Assembly (NCBI GenBank): GCA_965140415.1
Contig: OZ223209.1
Coordinates: forward strand, 192,001-256,000
DNA from: Myxococcota bacterium
Lineage (GTDB): Bacteria > Myxococcota_A > SURF-8
Reading direction: 5' to 3'
DNA: 64,000 bases
Numbering within the stretch: the stretch's first letter is position 1; each line of letters opens with the position of its first letter. Below are positions 47,989 through 60,055 of this stretch, piece by piece. Under the pieces are notes generated by a model. That model made no database searches and was not told the origin of the DNA. It saw nothing but the letters and a program-made list of their open reading frames with translations. The position numbers were made by a program, and so were the translations under genes.

Positions 47989-49272
47989 CTATTTCGAGCG
48001 CTTTGCAAATTCGTATTCTTTGATCTTCTGGAGGTAGACCCCGAAATAAAACGGCAGGCGGACAAGCCCTTCGCGCAGAGAAAGAGAATTCCCGGTGAAG
48101 TGCTGCAAACAGGTTCTGAAACGAAAGCCTTTCGACAAGTGCTTTCCTGCGTGATAGTAGTAGGGAATGTTTCGATAGTTCGAATCGTCTGCACCAATCG
48201 ATCCGCACAGTAGCGCCACGTTTCCGCCAAATGCGCCGATGCGATCCAGCGCCGTACTCGGGTCGCTATTTTCGCTTAGTCCAATTTCTTTGGCGATCGT
48301 GGAGAAGCAGAAAAGGCTATCCACCGTGGAATCGGATTTCAACACGTTTGCCCGGCAAATCGGATCCAAAAGAGAATAACCTATGGTGTTTGCGCCCGGT
48401 TTCTGCTCGTCGATGGCCGGTAAATTCGGTGTGATCGTAACAACGGCGGCAATGTTTTCCCGAGAAACTTGACCGAGAAGCTCGGCTAAAAGCGTTTCGT
48501 CAATGGCATGATTGACCCTGCCGAAGCGAATGATTTCGGGTGTTTGGTGCATGTTATCATTGAAAGCGGGCAAAAATTGTAGATCATCCAGCGGTAACTG
48601 TTGCCTTTTTACTTCCGTAACCAGAGCTCTGATTTCCTTTGGATATTTGGAGGTCAGGGAGTTGGCGTGCAGCCTGTAGCGATACAGAATTTCACGCACC
48701 GCTTTAAAAGGAAAGTGCTTGCGCGCCCGAATCCAGTATTCGTAATCCTCCACGCCCTGAATGCTTTCGTCGTATTCACCGGTGCGTTCGTAGCATTGCC
48801 GGGTAAACAGGAAGCAACATCCGACCTGATTGCAGCCCATCGTGCAGAGAGACGGGCAACCGGGCCAGACAACGCTTCCCTGTTCCTCCTCGGCATGTTC
48901 GGCAATCGCTTCCCAGGCGGAATAGACCAGACCGACGGTTTCATCTTTTTGCAAATGAAAAATCAGTCGCTCGATAGCATGCGGAAGAAATTCGTTGTCG
49001 TCCGAGGTCCAAGTCAGGTACTCGCCTTTCGCCCGGCGAAAACCGGAATTCAAACTGGCGGGTAAGCCCCGGTTCACGTCGTGTTCGATGATAACCAGCC
49101 GCCTATCCGAAAAACGAGACAAGACTTCCGCCGTGTTGTCCATCGAACCGTCGATCACGACAAGGCATTCGAGATTGCGGTAAGATTGGGAGAAAACGCT
49201 TTTCAGCGCTTTTTCAAGATGCATCGCTCCATTGTAGGTCGGCAATATGATCGATACGAGCGGCTCTTTCAT
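47989..49272 (-). CDS. Glycosyltransferase family 2 with C-terminal extension
   Basis: VSIILPTYN, IDGSMD, NRGLPASLNSG, WTSDDN, EDYEYW. Confidence 0.9.
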   Translation of the reverse strand: MKEPLVSIILPTYNGAMHLEKALKSVFSQSYRNLECLVVIDGSMDNTAEVLSRFSDRRLVIIEHDVNRGLPASLNSGFRRAKGEYLTWTSDDNEFLPHAIERLIFHLQKDETVGLVYSAWEAIAEHAEEEQGSVVWPGCPSLCTMGCNQVGCCFLFTRQCYERTGEYDESIQGVEDYEYWIRARKHFPFKAVREILYRYRLHANSLTSKYPKEIRALVTEVKRQQLPLDDLQFLPAFNDNMHQTPEIIRFGRVNHAIDETLLAELLGQVSRENIAAVVTITPNLPAIDEQKPGANTIGYSLLDPICRANVLKSDSTVDSLFCFSTIAKEIGLSENSDPSTALDRIGAFGGNVALLCGSIGADDSNYRNIPYYYHAGKHLSKGFRFRTCLQHFTGNSLSLREGLVRLPFYFGVYLQKIKEYEFAKRSK

Positions 49273-49539
49273 CTCTGCCTTCGTTCTGTTCGTTTTCCTG
49301 AAATCAGGATATCTGATTAAGTGGTTCTCCCTATTCTTCAAGCAAGTTACATGAAATCCACCGAATTTCCAAATGAACTTTCATTGTGGGAAGGCCAGGG
49401 GGCCATGCGTAAGTGACATTCTTTACAAGGACGTAAGAATACGATTTTACTAGTATCTTGTAGGAATAATAGTATTATCATAACTGGTCTTCCATCTGGT
49501 TACGATAAGGATCTATTTTTGTTGGAAAGGGGATATGCA

Positions 49540-49746
49540 ATGGCGGATTGTAAGCTGCTTGCCGGATGCGCGTTTTTCAACAAGGCTATCGGACCGCTTG
49601 CCGAAATGATGCGCGTCAAGTATTGCCAGGGCGATTTCGAGAACTGCGCACGGTATATGATTGCAACCAAACTTGGAAGAGAAAAGGTGCCTCAAAGCCT
49701 GTTTCCAAACATGCAGGAAAAAGCGAAACAAATTCTTGCTGGTTAG
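49540..49746 (+). CDS. Small four-Cys protein, probably metal-binding
   Basis: C-x5-CAFF...YC-x6-CAR...VP..LFP; AAGGGG RBS-like sequence upstream. Confidence 0.7.
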   Translation: MADCKLLAGCAFFNKAIGPLAEMMRVKYCQGDFENCARYMIATKLGREKVPQSLFPNMQEKAKQILAG

Positions 49747-49816
49747 AGGTGCAAGTCAGCCTGTTTGTTTGCAACTGCCGCTTGATTGAATCGCCTGTTT
49801 TGGAGACGACACCTGT

Positions 49817-49976
49817 CTGCCCATCAAGTAATCGGGATGTGGCCTGTTCTAACGGAATGGAGATTCCGGGAAGCCGTGTGTAACTATAAGAAAATACACA
49901 GCCTTCCACGATCTCGGATCGCGTAAGACTATGGCACAAACTCACAGAATCTGTGACTAAAAATGATTAAGAACCG
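49817..49976. repeat. 160-bp structured intergenic repeat, copy B
   Basis: Same orientation as, and ungapped match to, 33631-33790. Confidence 0.85.
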
Positions 49977-50019
49977 GTATATCGATCATGAAAGCAAGGT
50001 TTAAATATAAGATCAAAGA

Positions 50020-50770
50020 ATCATGACCGCCCCTGCAAGGGGCGGTTTGACTTTGGCCCTATAAGGGCCCGGTACCGGCACAACCTAAAGGCCGCCTGTT
50101 CCGACTTCTGCATTGCTTACTAGCTACCCTTAAAAGGGTCTGTATGCCCTATCAAGCTTAACTGGTCCGTCATCTTGTCACGAGTATCCTGCTCCCTGAT
50201 ATACTTGACAATGCTTTTCTCGTTGATACCAACCGTGCTCACGTAATACCCTTTGCACCAGAAGTGACGGTTCCCGTACTTGTATTTCAGGTTCGAAAAC
50301 TGTTCGAATATCATCAACGAACTTTTCCCCTTCAAATACCCCATGATCTCGGAAACACTGTACTTCGGCGGAATATTCAAGCACATATGAATGTGGTCCA
50401 CACACGCATTCGCTTCTACAATTTCAATTCGCTTGTACTCGCAAAGCTTGCGAAGAATCGCTCCAATCTCACGCTTGTATTTGCCGAAAATGATCTTCCG
50501 ACGAAACTTCGGCTCCCACACAATATGGTATTTGCAATTCCACTTCGTGTGCTCTAAACTACTTTCCATTACCACTCTCCTTGCTGTATATGATGGAAGT
50601 CGGAACAACTCCTTTATACACGGAGAGTGGTTTTGTCATAGATTCCCCCGGGTAAACCCGGGGTACTTACTGTTACGGTTCTGTTGGAACCGACCCACCG
50701 CTGCTCAACCGCAGCGACGGGAAGGCTCATTCATCCACGGGCAAGCCCGTGGTATTCTGTCTTCGACTGC
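50020..50770 (-). mobile_element. Second, distinct IS200-family element; end positions inferred
   Basis: tnpA; right-end hairpin ACCGCCCC-TTGCA-GGGGCGGT then TGAT; left region with hairpins CCACGGGCTTGCCCGTGG and CCCCGGGTTTACCCGGGG. Confidence 0.8.
50120..50569 (-). CDS. tnpA: Y1 HUH transposase
   Basis: HTKWNCKYHIVW, DHIH, GYLKGKSS, FWCKGYYVSTVG, KYIREQ. Confidence 0.95.
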   Translation of the reverse strand: MESSLEHTKWNCKYHIVWEPKFRRKIIFGKYKREIGAILRKLCEYKRIEIVEANACVDHIHMCLNIPPKYSVSEIMGYLKGKSSLMIFEQFSNLKYKYGNRHFWCKGYYVSTVGINEKSIVKYIREQDTRDKMTDQLSLIGHTDPFKGS

Positions 50771-50805
50771 ATAAAAAAAACGGGAAGGCGTGCTGCCTTC
50801 CCGTT
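50771..50805 (-). terminator. Intrinsic terminator
   Basis: AACGGGAAGGC...GCCTTCCCGTT with a long U-tract on the minus strand. Confidence 0.75.
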
Positions 50806-50835
50806 GATGAATCCGAAGTGGGATTCGATAACAGC

Positions 50836-51480
50836 TTATTGGTCGCCGTCAGCGGCTTCCGCATCGCCGTCCACATCGCCATCGGGCATCAGAGCGCCGG
50901 TAGCGGCGGCGGCAACGTCAGGATGCACACAGGCTTTGACGCCGTCGAAGTAGGCATCGTAGTCAGCCTGGGTCAGCAGACCGTCGGTGACCCACTGCAT
51001 CGGGTCGAGGCATACGCTTTCGACTTCCGCGCGGCAGTCGCTGGCGTCGTTGCAGGGTTTCAGGCAGATGCCCATCGTCGCGAAGTCCGCACCCATGAAG
51101 GGGAACAGGCTCAGGCACAGGCCGCCAGAAGTATCATTGCAGGTGTCATCGCCGGCGATATTGCACATAACCGACGAGCAGTAGCCGCCTTCAACCGTAA
51201 GACCGGTCAGGCCCAAACCGGCAGCCGATTCCGCGGTCAGGCAGAAGTCGGTGACGCAGTCGGTGTCGGCGGCGCAGGCCGCGCCAACCATCTCGCCAGC
51301 GGCGGTGTCGCCATCAGTGGTGTCGCCGTCAGCGGTGTCGCCGTCAGCGGTGTCGCCGTCAGCGGTGTCGCCATCAGCGGTGTCGCCATCGACGGGATCG
51401 TCATCGTCGTCACTGCAACCCGCTACGAAAAGCGTCATCGCCAGAAGCATCAGCACCATCAAAAAAGCCCATTTTTTCAT
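50836..51480 (-). CDS. Cys-rich acidic lipoprotein with DGDTA repeats
   Basis: GGAGG RBS, lipobox VAGC, poly-Asp, paired Cys residues. Confidence 0.85.
   Translation of the reverse strand: MKKWAFLMVLMLLAMTLFVAGCSDDDDDPVDGDTADGDTADGDTADGDTADGDTTDGDTAAGEMVGAACAADTDCVTDFCLTAESAAGLGLTGLTVEGGYCSSVMCNIAGDDTCNDTSGGLCLSLFPFMGADFATMGICLKPCNDASDCRAEVESVCLDPMQWVTDGLLTQADYDAYFDGVKACVHPDVAAAATGALMPDGDVDGDAEAADGDQ
51301..51390 (-). repeat. 15-bp coding tandem repeat, DGDT(A/T) x6
   Basis: Six units read directly. Confidence 0.95.
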
Positions 51481-51921
51481 TGTTTCCCTCCTAACACGTT
51501 AAAAGTACACGTCTACGATATCCCCTCTCCAGGATATTCAAATACTCATTCCACTTTTTTTGAAACGGCTCCAACTTCCTAGAATGTGCAATTAATTTAC
51601 CACTGATAGCGGAAATAGTCAAGAAAAAGCTTAGATTTCAGCATAGTTACCGGATTTTTCTTTACAAGCTGGCTACTTCATACTAGAGTTCCAGCCTGTA
51701 CTAGGGATTGCCCCGAAACAGCATCTCGAATCCGTGCGAAAAGCCATGCGGATGGCTGTAAACCGGAGCATCTCTCGGTATCTTATTCCAAAACGATGAT
51801 ATCAGGTTGTGGAATCCAACCACTGGATTCCGGCAGCGGTTGCTAATCGGAGCGCTTGTTAGGCCGTCGCGTTCCCGTTCAAAGCGATTTTTACAAGTCG
51901 CAATGGTGAGAGGTGGATGAT

Positions 51922-53427
51922 ATGATTTCGAGATGGTTGGCTGCGTTATTCATTATTGCTTCGTTAACTGTCCCTGCCGCCGCCTTTGCCAATAGCGCCG
52001 AAACGGTGCCTGAAGGCATTTTTGTCATCGGAGTCAAAGGTGGAGCGAAATGGGCTGACGATCACTTCGGTTCAAGCTTCAGTCACAAGCGGGAATCCAT
52101 CGTCGAAGATTACAACATCACGCTGACCGGAGCCGATCTCGATCCGAACATGTTCACCACCAAGGACATCATCGGTACGCTGGACGCTTCCTATAACGGT
52201 CTGGGTGCGGAAATCAGCATCACAGCCGCTTACGGCATTACCGACAACATCGCGTTGATGATGATCATTCCGGTTCAGTACGCCCATGCCGAGTATAGTT
52301 TCGAGTTGAACGACAGCAACATGTACATGGTGCGCGACAGCCAGAACAATCCCTATGCCGTCGCCAACAAGGAACAGATCGAAACCATCTGGTCCGGTTC
52401 TACGTTCTCCGTGGCTGATAAACCACTGGATGCCGATGATCTCAAAGAAGTGCTTACCTGCCGCGCCGACACGCCGCTGTGCCAGTTCCGTTACAACAAA
52501 ATCAAGGACATCAGCCGCTGGGGCGTAAACGACATCATCACCGGTCTGCGCTACAAATTCTTCGAGTCCAAGCGCTGGCGGCAGAGCTTTACCCTGTTCA
52601 ACAAATGGGGAACCGGCAAGCACAAGAATTACGACGATATCTTCGATGTCAACTTCGGCGACCAGCAGATCGACATCGGTTTCTGGTACGGCGTTGATTT
52701 CACTCCGATCAAACCCCTGGTGTTCAACGTGTCCTTCGGTTACACCGATCAGTTGCCCGAAACCAAAGTGATGCGCATCAAGACCCGCACCTACAACGAA
52801 AAGGGCGAGGAAGTCGGAACGATTCCTCTCGTGCCGGCGGCGAACAAAATGCGCGTACATCGCGACATCGGCGGCAACTGGGATCTGTATTTCGGTTTCA
52901 CCTGGAACATCACGGATTATATCAGCTACGGAAACGAATTCTATTTCTTCTGGAAATACGAAGACAATTTCTGGGCGGCGGAAACGATTCCCGATTCTTT
53001 CGGCGGGTTGGAGCCGGATTGGCGCGCCATGGAATGGGGTACCAACCAGGCGGCCTTGCAAATGACCAACATGCTTTCCTTTACCACTCTGCCCTGGGTA
53101 ATGAGTGGCGACTTCCCGGTGCCGTTGATGCTGGGTGTCGGCTATACGATCGGCATCGCCGGACAGCATTTCGATCGTGACCAGACCATCTTCGCCTCTC
53201 TCGATCTCATCGGAAGCATTTACATGCTCGAAGACGCCAAAGAGGAAAAAGAGGAAGCCAAGGAAAAAGAACAAGATCAACTTAACGATTTCCAGCTTCC
53301 CGGCAACGCATACCTCGAAGCCGTCGACGAAGACGCCCTGGCCGAATCCGAGAAGAAAGCGCGCCGCTACAAGCAAGCGCAGGATTTCCAGAAATCCTGG
53401 GGCAAAGTCACCAAACTGCGCTGGTAA
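51922..53427 (+). CDS. Probable outer-membrane beta-barrel protein
   Basis: Signal peptide ending AFA, aromatic-rich amphipathic strands, GVNDI..GLRYKF motif, charged C-terminal tail. Confidence 0.65.
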   Translation: MISRWLAALFIIASLTVPAAAFANSAETVPEGIFVIGVKGGAKWADDHFGSSFSHKRESIVEDYNITLTGADLDPNMFTTKDIIGTLDASYNGLGAEISITAAYGITDNIALMMIIPVQYAHAEYSFELNDSNMYMVRDSQNNPYAVANKEQIETIWSGSTFSVADKPLDADDLKEVLTCRADTPLCQFRYNKIKDISRWGVNDIITGLRYKFFESKRWRQSFTLFNKWGTGKHKNYDDIFDVNFGDQQIDIGFWYGVDFTPIKPLVFNVSFGYTDQLPETKVMRIKTRTYNEKGEEVGTIPLVPAANKMRVHRDIGGNWDLYFGFTWNITDYISYGNEFYFFWKYEDNFWAAETIPDSFGGLEPDWRAMEWGTNQAALQMTNMLSFTTLPWVMSGDFPVPLMLGVGYTIGIAGQHFDRDQTIFASLDLIGSIYMLEDAKEEKEEAKEKEQDQLNDFQLPGNAYLEAVDEDALAESEKKARRYKQAQDFQKSWGKVTKLRW

Positions 53428-53450
53428 TCTAGACAAAAAGCAGAGCATAC

Positions 53451-53485
53451 ACCGCCGGTCGGGTTTTCCTTCCGGCGGTTTTTTT
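53451..53485 (+). terminator. Intrinsic terminator
   Basis: ACCGCCGG...CCGGCGGT followed by a T-run. Confidence 0.7.
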
Positions 53486-53585
53486 GTCGTGATGTTCGTT
53501 TGATCCGATGTCTGCAAGCTTGCACAGTTTTTATTTTCTGCTATCGTATACCGTGATCGTATTCAACACAGAAGGAGCCAAACTC

Positions 53586-54692
53586 ATGTCCAGTACGATT
53601 ACTTTCGTGCCCTACCATATCCACAAGAATCCCAAGGATGTGCTTACGCGCCTTGCCGGTGCATGCCGGGAAGCGGGGATGGACCAGATCGTGCGCAAGG
53701 GTGATCTGTGCGCCATTAAAACGCATTTCGGGGAGCAGGGCTTGACGAGCTACCTCCGACCGGTCTACGCGAGGACAGTCGCCCGCTTGTGTCAGGATAT
53801 CGGTGCGCGCCCCTTCTTTACCGACAGCAACACGCTCTATCGCAATCAACGCCACAACGCCGTGGATCACCTAATGCTTGCCGCCCAACACGGATTTTCC
53901 GTCGGTTCCATCGGAGCGCCGATCATCATTGCCGATGGCCTGCGCGGGCATGCCTATCAGGACGTGCATTTCGACGGCGGACAACATTTCGAAAGCGTTC
54001 AGGTGCCGGACGCCATCCACGACGCGGATTGCCTGGTCACGCTCACTCATTTCACAGCGCATCTGGCCAGCGGTTTCGGCGCTACCATCAAAAACCTTTC
54101 GATGGGCTGCTCCAACCCGCAGGGAAAACGGCGCATGCATTGTCACAGCAAACCCACGGTCGATGAAGACCTTTGTGTGGCTTGTGGTGAATGTACACAG
54201 TGGTGCCCCACCGGCGCAATTACAATTGAAGACTATGCCATGATCAATACGGAAGAATGCATGGCCTGCGGCGAATGCACCGTGGTCTGTCCGCATGAAG
54301 CCGTCAAGATTCCCTGGGATGAAAACAGCTCGGTCTTGCAGGAAAAAATGGTCGAATACGCCAAGGCGGTCTGTGAACAGAAAAAGGAGCGCCTGTTCTT
54401 TATCAGCGCGCTGGTCGATCTGACGCCGCATTGCGATTGCATGGGCCAGAGCGAGCCCGCCTTTATGCCGGATATCGGCATTTTAATCGGAACGGACCCC
54501 GTAGCCATGGATCAAGCCGGGTTGGATTTCATTTCCGGTTCGATTCGTTGGAACGGACACGAAATCGTGCAGGGAGAAACTTCCGATCCGCTGCATGAGA
54601 TCTACCCGAAAATCGACTGGCAGGTGCAGACCGACTATGGCCAGAAAATCGGGTTGGGATCGAAGGAATACGAATTGATCGTGGCGCGCTAG
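53586..54692 (+). CDS. DUF362-domain Fe-S protein with a 2x[4Fe-4S] ferredoxin insert
   Basis: KTHFGE, IIADGLRG, GATIKNLSMGC, two CxxCxxCxxxCP motifs, CDC, DPVAMDQA. Confidence 0.88.
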   Translation: MSSTITFVPYHIHKNPKDVLTRLAGACREAGMDQIVRKGDLCAIKTHFGEQGLTSYLRPVYARTVARLCQDIGARPFFTDSNTLYRNQRHNAVDHLMLAAQHGFSVGSIGAPIIIADGLRGHAYQDVHFDGGQHFESVQVPDAIHDADCLVTLTHFTAHLASGFGATIKNLSMGCSNPQGKRRMHCHSKPTVDEDLCVACGECTQWCPTGAITIEDYAMINTEECMACGECTVVCPHEAVKIPWDENSSVLQEKMVEYAKAVCEQKKERLFFISALVDLTPHCDCMGQSEPAFMPDIGILIGTDPVAMDQAGLDFISGSIRWNGHEIVQGETSDPLHEIYPKIDWQVQTDYGQKIGLGSKEYELIVAR

Positions 54693-54718
54693 CCACAGAA
54701 CACAAAGGGACGTAACGC

Positions 54719-54958
54719 ATGCAACCGGAGCGCGAATACAATCCCGGACTCGCGGCAGTTCTGTCGCTGGTGGTGCCTGGTGTGGGGCAGATCTACAACG
54801 GTGATTTTCTACGCGGCATATTCTGGCTGATCATCACACCCGGGTTCTGGATCGGTACAGGCGGTCTGCTTGGCTGGGTTTGCCACCTGATCGCCGCCTT
54901 CACTGCCTACAATCGCAGCATGGACAAACGCAATCCCAATCCGGACAATGCCGGTTAG
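54719..54958 (+). CDS. Small membrane protein
   Basis: NPGLAAVLSLVVPGVGQIYNG motif with hydrophobic helices. Confidence 0.75.
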   Translation: MQPEREYNPGLAAVLSLVVPGVGQIYNGDFLRGIFWLIITPGFWIGTGGLLGWVCHLIAAFTAYNRSMDKRNPNPDNAG

Positions 54959-54982
54959 AGAAGACGTGTCCGCCTGTTCATT

Positions 54983-57925
<2,943 letters not shown>

Positions 57926-57943
57926 GAGATATTTCTCCTGTTT

Positions 57944-57958
57944 TCCTGTTTTTCAGGA
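57944..57958. promoter_or_regulatory. Palindromic operator/UAS candidate, copy 1
   Basis: TCCTG-TTTTT-CAGGA, identical to 58721-58735. Confidence 0.6.
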
Positions 57959-58187
57959 CAAATCCAGCAGTTTTTCAAGGAATTTATCCGTTTACTGGAA
58001 AGCGTCAACTTGTTTTGGATATCTACCAATCTTAGCCAGTATACCATAAGTGATACTGGCTTGACTATCCGAAAACAGGAAACGTCTTGATAATTCTTGC
58101 ATAGTCTGGACATTTATGTCGTGCCGTTCTCTTGACACCTTGACTGTATGAACAGGAAAACTGAAACAATTACAGATTGACACAGAG

Positions 58188-58204
58188 TTGGCATGAATGA
58201 TGCT
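58188..58204 (+). promoter_or_regulatory. Sigma-54 promoter candidate
   Basis: TTGGCATGAATGATGCT with GG-N10-GC spacing. Confidence 0.6.
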
Positions 58205-58330
58205 TCTATTATTTCTGAATTCGGCACGCAACGAGCGAATAAGCCGAATCTTGAAATCCTGGTTGTATCATCCTAAGCATTGGTTGTTGCAATGCATGAG
58301 ATGACTGACAATCGTACAAAGGAGATTCTC

Positions 58331-58543
58331 ATGTCACACCCAGTAGCAGATGCTCGTTACCTGATCATTTCATTTTCCTGGGAAGCAGAGACGGAAGATG
58401 GCTGGGACGAAACGATCACCGAGAAAGTTCTGCTGTACAATCCCGAGTTGTATGGAGGTCAGTTGGAACTGATGGATGTTCCATATGAAAATGGACTTAC
58501 GGAAGAACGATCCATTCCAGGTTGGCAGGTTGGTAGCTGCTGA
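58331..58543 (+). CDS. 70-aa acidic hypothetical protein
   Basis: AAGGAG RBS 6 nt before the ATG; downstream of a sigma-54-type promoter. Confidence 0.6.
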   Translation: MSHPVADARYLIISFSWEAETEDGWDETITEKVLLYNPELYGGQLELMDVPYENGLTEERSIPGWQVGSC

Positions 58544-58720
58544 TGTTGTTTGACTGAATCGATTTTTCTGTTCACGTTCTCCCCCGCTCCCGTTCCTGCG
58601 ACAGCAATCGCGGCGGTCAGGGGATCCTCCGCGACGCTTTTTCTTCTCTTCAGATCCACATAATCCACAGTTTTCGCAAAAAACCTTTTCACCTATGAAA
58701 TCGTATAGGAAAGGCAAAAA

Positions 58721-58735
58721 TCCTGTTTTTCAGGA
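58721..58735. promoter_or_regulatory. Palindromic operator/UAS candidate, copy 2
   Basis: TCCTGTTTTTCAGGA about 100 bp upstream of a sigma-54 promoter. Confidence 0.6.
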
Positions 58736-58836
58736 TTGGTCCAATTTCTTCGAATCGCGACATCTCTGTCGTGATTCTTTCGCTTTTCTCCTTGCTATAA
58801 AATCATATCTATCTGATAATACAAGATGTTTTGTTA

Positions 58837-58852
58837 TGGCACATCCGTTGCA
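58837..58852 (+). promoter_or_regulatory. Sigma-54 promoter
   Basis: TGGCACATCCGTTGCA matches TGGCAC-N5-TTGC. Confidence 0.75.
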
Positions 58853-58923
58853 AGTCTATCGGCTTCAAGTCTATCACCTGTTCTTTGATTGTGTTGAGTC
58901 GAAATGGACGGAGGAGGAAAAAG

Positions 58924-59637
58924 ATGTATCGAAGATCCAAGATCGTGGCTGTGTTGCTGGCGCTGGCGTTAATGGGAGTATGTAGTGCGGCAATGGCGGA
59001 AGTGAGCTGTGAAAGCGAAAAAGGAAGTTGTGTGTTGAATGCGAGCGGCTATCGTTGTGAATGCGCCGATGGCTCCGCCTCCGCAGTCTCCGTACTTAGC
59101 GATGGCGACGGCAGCTTACCCGACGGCGACGCCGTGCATCCCAATCAGGAAGATTGCGAAACCCAGTTGTTGCAGGAATGTCCCAACGATCCTCCCGATC
59201 CGGAAGTGGATTGCAGCGACGATCAACATGAATTGTGCGTGGAGTTGGAACAGGTCTTTTTTGCCTGTTTTGAAGAGGAACGCAGCGACAATCCCAATAT
59301 CCAGATCGTGAAATGCTGCAAGGACTACGACGAATACGAAACGTCCATGCGCTGGCTGCTTGCCTGCTTGAATGAAAACGAGTGTGATCAATGGGTTGAC
59401 CGTTGTTACGACCAGGTCACAGTCAGTTGCGACGGTGACGGTTGCCCGGATGGTCCCGTCGATCCAGGCTTGACGCTGAGTTATAAAACAGCCGACGAAA
59501 TGAATGGTTTCGAGCAGGTGATGGAAGAAGACGACGAAGGCTGCCAGAGCGGTGGAACGGCCAGCGGCCTGGCGTTAATTCTGCTATTGCTTGCCGTTGT
59601 TTTCCGGCGGCGTTTGGTGGTATCGCGGACGCGATAG
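58924..59637 (+). CDS. Cys-rich secreted protein with MYXO-CTERM-like C-terminal sorting signal
   Basis: GGAGG RBS, signal peptide ending AMA, many Cys, C-terminal GCQSGG-TM-RRR. Confidence 0.8.
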   Translation: MYRRSKIVAVLLALALMGVCSAAMAEVSCESEKGSCVLNASGYRCECADGSASAVSVLSDGDGSLPDGDAVHPNQEDCETQLLQECPNDPPDPEVDCSDDQHELCVELEQVFFACFEEERSDNPNIQIVKCCKDYDEYETSMRWLLACLNENECDQWVDRCYDQVTVSCDGDGCPDGPVDPGLTLSYKTADEMNGFEQVMEEDDEGCQSGGTASGLALILLLLAVVFRRRLVVSRTR

Positions 59638-59655
59638 CAAATGAGTTCTTTACTG

Positions 59656-59689
59656 AAAAAGCCGGATGTCTCGCTCATCCGGCTTTTTT
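59656..59689 (+). terminator. Intrinsic terminator
   Basis: AAAAAGCCGGATG...CATCCGGCTTTTTT. Confidence 0.8.
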
Positions 59690-59698
59690 CCTGTTTAT

Positions 59699-59831
59699 GC
59701 GGTCCTTGACAGAATACCACGGGCTTGCCCGTGGATGAATGAGCCTTCCCGTCGCTGCGGTTGAGCAGCGGTGGGTCGGTTCCAACAGAACCGTAACAGT
59801 AAGTACCCCGGGTTTACCCGGGGGAATCTAT
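59699..59831 (+). mobile_element. 133-bp non-autonomous IS200/IS605-derived miniature element (PATE-like)
   Basis: 59708-59832 is an exact reverse complement of 50637-50761; two subterminal hairpins; no transposase. Confidence 0.8.
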
Positions 59832-60055
59832 GTGAGGATTGTATCATTTGAAGCAATTGAACATCAAGAGTAATTGTCGAACAGAAAATCTGTCCGACCT
59901 CCTCCTTCTCCCCATCATTGAATATTGCCTATAGGACCCTGAGTAGTCCCCAGTTTTGCGAACAGAATGGGGGAAAGGAATATTGCCTTCCAAGTACAAA
60001 AAGCCTATAATAGATAGAATGAAGTGCTGTGTTCTGAGATTCAAGGAGATCCAAT

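Noticed and set aside
51600-51910. Riboswitch or ncRNA in the hairpin-rich leader of the beta-barrel gene
   Set aside because: Several short hairpins but no recognisable aptamer consensus; a covariance-model search is needed
52072-53517. Long antisense ORFs (also 122-904, 46676-47743, 60119-61021 and others)
   Set aside because: Shadows of real genes on the opposite strand caused by high-GC codon bias; no recognisable motifs
58222-58238. Extra GG-N10-GC motif (also at about 34509)
   Set aside because: Lacks the TGG and TTGC context; the 34509 copy points at no downstream gene
58652-58670. Additional DnaA boxes (GATCCACA, TAATCCACA)
   Set aside because: Mismatched and not clustered with consensus boxes
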